Under the pieces are notes generated by a model. It had not been told where the DNA came from. It did not search any database and saw only the letters and a program-made list of their open reading frames with translations. The translations under genes and the position numbers were made by a program. Source: Anaeramoeba ignava BMAN (lineage: Eukaryota > Protista > Anaeramoebae). From it: DNA of 64,000 nucleotides. Shown here one piece after another: positions 1-10,900 of this stretch. Position 1 is the first letter of the stretch, and each line of letters begins with the position of its first letter. The stretch covers positions 930,001-994,000 of the forward strand of contig JAPDFW010000063.1 of assembly GCA_028826165.1 (NCBI GenBank), given 5' to 3'.

Positions 1-186
1 ATTTGATTTCATTTGACAAATAAAAACAAAAACAAAAACAAAAACAAAATTTTTGAGTAATTTGTAAATCATTATTAGTCAATTTCAATTTCTTTTTTTT
101 GTTTTTTTTTTAATTAAAAAAAATTTTTTTTTATTTTTTTTTTCATTTTTCATTTTTCATTTTTCTCATCAATTTTACATTAAAGA

Positions 187-3100
187 ATGCAACCAGTTTT
201 AGTTTTAAGTAATTTAATTTAATTTAATTTAATATTATTTTTGAATAATAATTATTTGATATTCCAATTTTTCAATTAAAATTTCAATTAAAAATTTTAT
301 TTTATTTTATTTTATTTATTTATTTTATTTTTTATTTTAGATGCAAAAACTTCAAGAGAAGAAGGTAGAAAAGCACAATTAAGCAATATTGTTGCTGCCA
401 AAGCTGTTAGTAATATTATTAGAACATCTCTTGGTCCAAGAGCAATGCTTAAAATGGTTTTGAATCCAATGGGTGGAATTATTGTTACTAATGATGGAAA
501 TTCTATTTTAAGAGAAATTGATGTTTCTCATCCTGCTGCTAAAAATATGCTTGAGTTATCCCGTTCTCAATCAGAAGAAGTTGGTGATGGAACAACATCT
601 GTTATTATTTTAAGTTCGTTTTTTCCAATTAAAATTCAATTTAAATTAAAATTCATTTATAAAATTAAAATTAAAATTAAAATTAAAATTAAAATTAAAA
701 TTAAAATTAAAATTAAAATTAAAATTAAAATTAAAATTAAAATTCAATTTAAAATTAAAATTAAAATTAAAATTAAAATTAAATTTAAAATTAAAATTAA
801 AATTAAAATTAAAATTAAAATTTAAAATTAAAATTAAAATTAAAATTAAAATAAATTTAAATATTTATGATATAGCTGGTGAATTATTATCAGTTGCTGA
901 ACCATTTATTAGAACTAATATTCATCCCCGAACTATTGTTCAAGCTTATTATAAAGCCTTAGATGATTCGTTAGAAATCTCAAAAGAATTAACACGTACA
1001 GTAGACATAAAACAAAAAAGCGAAATTATGAAAATTATTCATAATTCAGTGGGAACAAAATTCATGTCTAAATTTGGTGAAAACTTATTTGATATGGCTT
1101 ATGATGCTGTGAAGATTGTTGATATTGAAGTTGAAGGACATCGGGAAATTGATATCAAAAGATATGTTCGAATTGAAAAGGTTAGTATTTAATTATTTTA
1201 ATTATTTTAATTATTTTAATTATTTAAATTATTTAAATTATTTTAATTATTTAAATTATTTTAATTATTTTAATTATTTTAATTATTTTAATTATTTTAA
1301 TTATTTTAATTATTTTAATTATTTAAATTATTTTAATTATTTTTAATTATTTTAAATTATTAAAATTAAAATTATTAAAATTATTTAAATTATTTTAATT
1401 ATTTTAATTATTTTAATTATTTTAATTATTTTAATTATTTTAATTATTTAAATTATTTTAATTATTTAAATTATTTTAATTATTTTAATTATTTTAATTA
1501 TTTAAATTATTTTAATTATTTTAATTATTTAAATTATTTTAATTATTTAAATTATTTTAATTATTTTAAATTATTTTAATTATTTTAATTATTTAAATTA
1601 TTTAAAATTATTTAGTTTTAATTATTTTAATTATTTTAAATTAATTTAAAATTAATTTTTTTTATTTTAATTATTTTTAATTATTTAAATTAATTTAATT
1701 ATTTTAATTATTTTAATTATTTAAATTATTTTAATTATTTAAATTATTTAAATTCATTTAAATTATTTTAATTATTTTAATTATTTAAATTATTTTGATT
1801 ATTTAAATTATTTAAATTATTTTAATTATTTAAATTATTTAAATTATTTTAATTATTTAAATTATTTAAATTATTTTAATTATTTAAAATTATTTAAATT
1901 ATTTAAATTATTTTAATTATTTTAATTATTTTAATTATTTAAATTATTTTAATTATTTTAATTATTTTAATTATTTTAATTATTTTAATTATTTTAATTA
2001 TTTAAATTATTTTAATTATTTAAATTATTTTAATTATTTAAATTATTTAAATTATTTTAATTATTTAAATTATTTTAATTATTTTAATTATTTTAATTAT
2101 TTTAATTATTTTAATTATTTTAATTATTTTAATTATTTTAATTATTTTAATTATTTTAATTATTTTAATTATTTAAATTATTTTAATTATTTTAATTATT
2201 TTAATTATTTAAATTATTTTAATTATTTTAATTATTTTAATTATTTTAATTATTTTAATTATTTTAATTATTTAAATTATTTAAATTATTTTAATTATTT
2301 TAATTATTTTAATTATTTAAATTATTTTAATTATTTTAATTATTAATTGATAAAGATCCCAGGAGGTGAAATTGAGGATTCATACTTACTTTGGGGAACA
2401 ATGCTTAACAAAGATGTTCTTCATCCAAAAATGAAGAGAAGAATTGAGAATCCAAGAATCATTTTATTAGATGTGGGATTGGAATACAATAAATTAGAAT
2501 CCCAAACAGATGTTGAAATCAAGCAAAATCAAGATTATGAAACAATGCTTCGAATGGAAGAAGAATATATTGAAGATATGGTGGAAAAGATTGTGAAATT
2601 CAAACCAGATTTAGTTATTACTGAAAAAGGATGTTCTGATTATGCTCAACATCATCTTTTGAAACACAATATTACCGCTTTGAGAAGACTTAAGAAATCT
2701 GATAGTAATAGAATAGCAAGATCTGTTGGTGCAAAGATTGTTAGTAATGTTGATCTTATTAAAGAATCAGATGTCGGATTAAAATGTGGTTTATTTGAAG
2801 TTAGAAAGATTGGTGATGAGTAAATTTCACAAAAAAATTAAAATTTAAAATAAATTAAAATTTAAAATAAATTAAAATAAATTAAAATAAATTTAAATTA
2901 AAATAAAAATTAAAGATACTTTGCTTTTATGGATAAATGTAAAGAACCACAAGCTTGTACATTACTTTTACGCGGTCCTAATAAAGATATAATTAATGAG
3001 ATTGAAAGAAATGTTAATGAAGCAATGAAAGCTGTAAGAAACATATTACTAGAACCAAGAGTTCTTCCTGGAGGAGGTGCTTTTGAAATGACTTTGTCTC

Positions 3101-4050
3101 AAGTTTTAAATGAGAAATCTAAAACAATTCCAGGAAAATTACAATTACCATATCAAGCAGTTTCTGTTGCACTTGAAGTTATTCCAAGAACATTAATTCA
3201 AAATTGTGGAGCGAATACAGTTAGAGTTTTAACAGAGCTTCGAGTAAATTTATTTAAATATTAATTTAATTATTAATTTAAATATTTGATTTAAATATAT
3301 TGATTTAAAAATATTAATTTAAATATTTGATTTAAATATTTGATTTAAATATATTTGATTTAAATATTTGATTTAAATATTGACTTAAATATTTGATTTA
3401 ATTATTAATTTAAATATTTGATTTAAATATTTGATTATTTGATTTAAATATATTGATTTAAATATTAATTTAAATGTTTGATTTAAATATATGATTTAAA
3501 AATTTGATTTAAATATATTGATTTAAATATTTAATTTATTTATTTGATTTAAATATATTGATTTAATTATTTGATTTAAATATTTGATTTAAATATTTGA
3601 TTTAAATATTTGATTTAAATATTTGATTTAAATATTTAATTTAAATATTTGATTTAAATTATTTGATTTAAATATATTAATTTAAATATTTTATTTAATT
3701 ATTTGATTTAATTATTTGATTTAATTATATTGATTTAATTATTTGATTTAAATATATTGATTTAAATATTTGATTTAAAAATTTATTTAAATATTTGATT
3801 TAATTATTTGATTTAAATATTGACTTAAATATTTGATTTTTAGGCAAAACACGCAAATGGCAAGAATCAAAACTGGGGAATTGAAGGAGAATTAGGAATT
3901 ATTAAAGAAATGAATCCAGAAAATGGAGTTTGGGATCCTTATGCAGTTAAAATTCAAACACTTAAAACAGCAATTGAATCAGCTTGTATGCTTTTAAAAA
4001 TAGATGAAATTGTTTCAGGAATTGGTTCAAAAGAAAATCAAAAAAATTAA
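187..4050 (+). CDS. CCT3: T-complex protein 1 subunit gamma (CCT3), 6 exons
   Basis: Exons 187-208, 341-613, 876-1180, 2356-2819, 2916-3243 and 3844-4050 join via GT-AG introns. Motifs: MQPVLVL start, LGPRAMLKM, TNDGNSILREI, GDGTTSV, IEKIPGG, RIENPRIILLD, GLFEVRKIGDEYF, PGGGAFEM, TAIESACMLLKID. Confidence 0.95.
614..875. repeat. (AAAATT)n microsatellite filling CCT3 intron 2
   Basis: Hexamer tandem repeat seen directly. Confidence 0.9.
1185..2345. repeat. 9-bp tandem repeat (AATTATTTT/AATTATTTA)n in CCT3 intron 3
   Basis: Seen directly; explains the YFNYFN pseudo-ORF. Confidence 0.9.
3250..3840. repeat. ~13-bp tandem repeat (ATTTGATTTAAAT)n in CCT3 intron 5
   Basis: Seen directly. Confidence 0.85.
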
Positions 4051-4440
4051 TTTAGAAATCAAATCAAAATTTTCCAATTTTTTAAATCCAAAATTTTTCA
4101 TTCATTTCAGATAAAGAATTTCAAGTTAAAATTTAAATTGGAAAAAGAAAACAAACATAAAACAATTTTCTTTAAATCTTTTTTTTTTCTCTCTCTCAAA
4201 TTTACAATTTTCCTTAAAACAAGAAATAAACCAAAACAATTAGAAAATTCAAATAAGTTTTTATTTTTAATTTTAATTAATATAATTATTAGTCATCATT
4301 TTTTTATTTAAATTAATTTTTTTTATTTTTTGCTTTTTTCATTTTTTTTTTTTTATTCAAAAAATTTTCTTTTTCTTTTATTTCTTTTTTACTTTTATTT
4401 CTTTATTTTAAATTTAATTTCTTTTTAAAATTTTTTCTTA

Positions 4441-7400
4441 ATGTCTACAGGAGGAATTGTTGGAGGAATTGTTGCAGCAGTTGTAACTTAATTTTATAAT
4501 CTTTTCCTTATTAAATTAAAAAAATTTTTTTTCTTTATATTTTTTTAACTTATTCAATTATTTTGTGTTTATTGTTATTTTATCTATTTTTATTTTTTTT
4601 TTAGGTTGTGATTATAATTTTGATTTTAATTTGCAAATCAATGTATGTTGTTCATCAAGCTGAATCAATTGTAATTGAAAGATTTGGGAAATTTAAAAGG
4701 GTAATTTTTAATAAATGAATATAAAAATATAAAAATATAAAAATATAAAAATATAAAAATATAAAAATATAAAAATATAAAAATATAAAAATATAAAAAT
4801 ATAAAAATATAAAAATATAAAAATATAAAAATATAAAAATATAAAAATATAAAAATATAAAAATATAAAAATATAAAAATATAAAAATATAAAATATAAA
4901 AATATAAAAAAATAAAAATAAAAATATAAAAATATAAAAATATAAAAATATAAAAATATAAAAATATAAAAATATAAAAATATAAAAATATAAAAATATA
5001 AAAATATAAAAATATAAAAATATAAAAATATAAAAATATAAAAATATAAAAATATAAAAATATAAAAATATAGAAATATAAAAATATAAGAATATTAAAA
5101 TATAGAAATATAAAAATATAAAAATATAAAAATATAAAAATATAAAAATATAAAAATATAAAAATGGTTATTTTTATTTAATATTCAGTTGAATATTTTT
5201 AAATTAATAACTAAATTTATAATTAAAATATAGAAATATAAAAATGGTTATTTTTATTTAATATTCAGTTGAATATTTCTAAATTAAAAATCTAAATTAA
5301 AAATCTAAATTAAAAATCTAAATTAAAAATCTAAATGAAAATTTATAATTAAATTGAAATTTTTAGGTTCTTGATAGTGGTCTTCATTTTATTGCACCAT
5401 TTGCTGATTCCCCAAGATCTTTTCAATGGAGAAGAACTGCTATTTCTGAAACTGGAAATATCATAGACCAAACGTAATTTAAGGATTAATATTTAAATAA
5501 AAAAAAAGAAATTTGAATTTGAATTTGAATTTAAATTTGAATTAAAATTTTAGAGCAACTCATTATCGAATTGATAAAAGAGAATCCATTTTTAATTTTC
5601 TTCCACAAGAAGCTTATACGTAAAAATTTACTGAATTTAAAACTAAAAATAAAATTAAAAATAAAATTAAAATTAAAATTAAAATTAAAATTAAAATTAA
5701 AAATAAAATTAAATTTAAATTAATAATTAAAATTAAAATTTAAATTATAATTAAAATTAAAAATAAAAATAAAAATAAAATTAAAATTAAAATTAAAATT
5801 ATAATTAAAATTAAAATTAAAATTAAAAATAAAATTTAAATTTAAACTAAAATTAAAATTTAAATTTAAATTTAAAATTGAAACCTTTTAGAAAGGATAC
5901 TGTTTTATTGGATGTTAATGCTTTAATGTATTATCGAATTGTTGATGTTGCAAAGGCTGTTTATGAAGTTGATGATTTACAAGGTGCTTTATCAAATACT
6001 GCTCAAACACAAATTAAAGAAGTTTTTGGAAATATGACTTTTAATGAAGTAAATTTAATTTGAAATTTAATAAAATTTTTTCTTTAGATTTTTAATTGAA
6101 AAAAAATTTTTTTCTCTTTTATTTTTTAGGCTTTACAATCACAAGAAAGAATTAATGATTATCTTGTTAGAGAATTTTCACGTTTATTTCTTTCATGGGG
6201 AATTGAAGTTGTAAGTTTTGTTTTATTATATTTATAATTAAAATGAAAATTCATTTATAAAATTAAAATTAAAATTAAAATTAAAATTAAAATTTAAATT
6301 TAAATTAATATTAAAATTAAAATTAATATTAATATTAAAATTAAAATTAAAATTAAAATTAAAATTAAAATCAAAATTAAAATTAAATTAATATTAAAAT
6401 TAAAATTAATATTAAAATTTAAATTAAAATTAAAATTAAATTTAAAATTAAAATTAATATTAAAATTAAAATTAAAATTAAAATTAAAATTAAAAATTAA
6501 AATAAAATTAAAATTAAAATTAAAAATTAAAATTAAAATTAAAATCAAAATTAAAATTCAAGTTAAAATTAAAATTAAAATCAAAATTAAAATTCAAGTT
6601 AAAATTAAAATTAAATTTAAAATTAAAATTAATATTAAAATTAAAATTAAAATTAAAAATTAAAATTATATTTATAATTAAAAATTAAAATTCATTTATA
6701 AAATTAAAATTATAATTAAAAATTTAAATTAATATTAAAATTAAAATTAAAATTAAAAATTAATATTTAAAATTAAAAATTATAATTAAAAATTAAAATT
6801 AAAATTAAAATTAAAATTATAATTAAAATTAAAATTAAAATTAAAATTAAAATTAAAATTAAAATTAAAATTAAAATTAAAATTAAAATTAAAATTAAAA
6901 TTAAAATTAAAATTAAAATTAAAATTAAAATTAAAATAAAAATTAAAATTAAATTAAAAATTAAAATTAAAATTAAAATTAAAAATTAAAATTAAAATTA
7001 AAATTAAAATTAAAATTAAAATTAAAATTAAAATTAAAATTAAAATTAAAATTAAAATTAAAATTAAAATTAAAATTAAAATTAAAATTAAAATTAAAAT
7101 TAAAATTAAAATTAAAATTAAAATTAAATTTAAATTTAAAATTAAAAGATGAGAATGGAATTACAAGATTTAAAACCAAAACATACAATCAGCGAAGGAA
7201 TGAAAAAACAAATGATAGCCGAAAGACAACGAAGAGGAGAATTTATCAAATCAGAAGGAAAAAAGATGGGGATGAAAATCAAAGCAGAAGGATCACGAAT
7301 GGTTTCAGTAAATCTTGGGTTAGCAGAACAAGAATCAACAAGAAAAAGATCAGAAGGAGATGCAACATCAAGAATAGAAATTGCACATGCAGAAGCAACA

Positions 7401-7703
7401 GCACTTCAGCTTCTCTCAGACGCACTTGCACCCGATAAGATGAGTCAGAGTCAGTACCAAATTAGTTTGAAATTTCTTGATATTTTTAAGTCAGTTCCAA
7501 ATTCTTCAGGTCAAAAAGTCCTTTATATCGGTTATCGTTTGGATGATGTTATGGGATCGATTTCAGGTTTAGGTGACTATTTCGGTTTGAGACCCGCAAA
7601 ATTTAAACCACCAAAACGTAAAACTCCTGTTTATCAAGATGATACTCAAACTGATCTTCCTCTTCACTTGAAAAAAGATGATGATTTCGAAGATTTGAAT
7701 TAA
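4441..7703 (+). CDS. SPFH/band-7 (stomatin-like) membrane protein, multi-exon
   Basis: N-terminal TM segment (GGIVGGIVAAVVVIIILILIC), then VVHQAESIVIERFGKFKRVLDSGLHFIAPF, LDVNALMYYRIVDVAKAVYEVDD, SWGIEVMRMELQD and QMIAERQRR..IKSEG. GT-AG introns. Confidence 0.88.
4715..5165. repeat. (AAAAATAT)n 8-bp repeat in SPFH gene intron
   Basis: Seen directly. Confidence 0.9.
6240..7146. repeat. (AAAATT)n in last SPFH gene intron
   Basis: Seen directly. Confidence 0.9.
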
Positions 7704-7951
7704 ATTCCTTTTTTCCGTTATTTTTTTTCTTTTTCGAAAATTTTTTCACTCTTTTTTATTTTTGCTTTTTTTTTTTGGTTCATTTTCCACTTTTTCATTT
7801 TGATTTATTTTCTTCTTCTTTTTTCAACAAAATTAATCAAACAAAATAAAAACAAATTTACCAAAAAAAAAAGTAAAAAAAAAGAAAAAAAAAAGTGAAA
7901 AATTTTTTCTTTTTTTTTTAAAAAATGATTTATTCTTTTTATCTTAATTAA

Positions 7952-10900
7952 TTATAATTGTTGAGCTTTAATTAATAATTGAAACCATTTTTCAGATGTT
8001 TCTTTGTTATTAAAAAAAATAAACAAATTCAATTCAGTTGTTTGAGGTGAAGATAAAGTAAAACAGTTTTGGATCGAAATTGTTTTGTTTTTAATCTTTT
8101 TAATAATACAATTTGGATCAAGAAGAATAATATCGTTTGGAATTGTGTCTGAATTTGGGATTGAACGAAACACAGCAATCAAATTGCGTTTCAAAATAAG
8201 ATTTCTTTTTTTTGGGATTTTTTTCTTTCCTTTAATTTTTAAAGCAACTCCAAACTGTCCTTCCATTTCAGTCGGAATTTCTTTATAATTTCTAAATTCT
8301 TCAAGAAGATCTATTGTTTGAACAATATTTTCCTGATGTTTTACGGTGTCTTTTGTTAAAGAATCGTGTTCAATTTGGACTAATTTGGTATTTTTTTCTT
8401 CTTCTTTTTTTTCTTTTTTTAATTTTGTCAACCATTTATAAATAAATTCAAGTAAATCTCCAAAGTTATTCATATTAATTAAACAGTTTTCCATGTCTTG
8501 TTTAAATTGTGTAAGTCGATATACACTTGTTTGTGTGAAAAAGTCTGAATTTTTTTTGGAAAGAAATGGTTCAAGTGATCCATATAAAAAATTTGATAAA
8601 CTTTTTGTGTCTTTATCTGAATATAATGGATACACAAAATCCTTTAAAGGATTATTTGATATTAAATTTAATGATTGAAGATCAAGGATTTCTTGTTCGT
8701 TAATATATTTGATATCATTCTAAAATTATCAAAAACAAATTTAATTTAATTTAATTTAATTTAAAAAAGATTTTTTTTCTTTTTTCTTTTTTCTTTTTTC
8801 TTTGATTTACGAATATTTTCCGAAGAAAAGAGGATTTTCTTGAAGAATATTTAGAGATATCTTTACTAAGAAGTTTGAAAGAAGATCTTCCAGAAGAAAA
8901 AGTCATATCTCTTGAAAGACTTGAGATTGTTGCTCCAATAAAAGCTAAAATGCGATAAGAATTTTCTTGAATTGAATCTAAAATTAAAATTAAAATTCAT
9001 TTATAAATTAAAATTAAAATTAAAATTAAAATCAAATAAAAAATTAAAACCTTCTGAAATTGGATAAAGCTTGAAATTTCTAAAAGAAACTGCATAAAAA
9101 TGAGTGAACAAATACGAAAGAACAATCTGTGTTTCATAACTTTCAAATTGCTCTTTAGCTTTATTATAAATATAATAGGAAATCAATTTGATAATTCGAG
9201 GAACTGAAGAAGTTGACTTAAAAATAAGATGCAAAAAATTGGAAACAAATAGACGCAATTCATCAGCATCTTTCCATCCTTCATTATAAGAATTATGATC
9301 AATAGGAAGTTCTAAGTTTGAATCTGATAATTGCTTAACTTTTTCACCAAATAATTGTCTTAAAAAATTATTTGCATAAAAATGAGAAAAAATAGAAAGA
9401 AGTGAAGAAGCTGAATCATTTGATTCAAACAAATCAATTGGAGTTGTTGCTTTTAAAATTTGTTGCGAAATTGCAAGTAAAAGAAATGGTATAGACATCT
9501 TGAAAACTTCGAATAAATGAAATAAATGCCGTGATAAATTTTCAATTGAATCCCCACAATTACTTCGATGAATTATTCCAATAAGTAAATTTATATCATT
9601 TTCACGAAGATATTTTGAAAGAAGTTTCTTCCCTTCTTTTCTGATTTCTTTATCAATTTCATCCTCATTCTCATTGCTTTCTTGAATAAGTTCTTTGATT
9701 CGCTTTTTTAAATTAGTATTTAATTCTCTATTCATAATTAATCGAATTGATTTCCCAAGTGACATTTTTGTTGCATATTTTACTATTTTTTTGGCAATCT
9801 TTTATTTTTGTTTTTTTTTTTTTAAATTATATATTTTTAAATTATATATTTTTAAATTATATATTTTTGGATATTTATTTATTTTACTTCTTTTGAATCC
9901 TTCATTTCAAATAAAGAAAATAAATTCTCCAAAATAATTTTAATTCTTTTAAAATCAGAGAATCCACTAATAACTTTATCGAGTGAATGAAAAATTGTTG
10001 TTCTAATATCTGCATACATACCTTTTATAAAATTATTTATTAAATTAATTATTAAATTAATTATTAAATTAATTATTAAATTAATTATTAAATTAATTAT
10101 TAAATTAATTATTAAATTAATTATTAAATTATTTATAAAATTATTTATAAAATTATTCATTAAATTAATTATTAAATTAATTATAAAATTATTCATAAAA
10201 TTATTTATTAAATTAATTATAAAATTATTCATAAAATTATTTATTAAATTAATTATTAAATTATTCATAAAATTATTTAGATCATTTACTATTTAAAATC
10301 AATTTTCGAGAAACAAGCTCTCGTTCAATCTCCTCTGATAAAATATTCTTAAATATGGTTTTCACAGAATATAAATCTATTAAACAGAAAACCCTGAATT
10401 TTTCTAAGGTTGTAACTTTAAATTTTTGATTGGAAATTATATTCAATCCTGATAATATTTTCCTCACTTCCGAATGTATTGTTGATAAATTGGATTCAAA
10501 AATATCATCTTCAATTAATACTCTTTTAATTTGAACTATTGTTTCTTTAATTAAATCTGGTGGATTTTGAGATTTCTCAAAAATTTTTTCAAGACTTTTG
10601 ATAAGATTTTCCAAAGTTTTTTGCTGATCCTTGTCTCGTTGATTGCGCAAATGGTCAATAATCTGGGATTGTATTGGTTCTTTATTGGGTGAATTAATAC
10701 CAACAATAATATAGTTTAGTATTTGCAAAATTTGAGTTTCAAAATAGGAAAATTTTTCAATTGATAATAAATGAAGATTTTCAAATTCTTGGAATAATGA
10801 AACTAAATTTGGATCAATTGAATTATCGGAATACATGGAAATATTCTCAATAGAATCAGTTATAATAGGAGAGAGCTGTAGTGATTCATGGAATATTTCA

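Noticed and set aside
6300-7188. Low-complexity ORFs (KIKIKI, FNFNFN, ILILIL, IKLF, MNFNFK, DFEF) here and throughout the track
   Set aside because: They are translations of intronic or intergenic microsatellites, or antisense/alternate frames of real exons.
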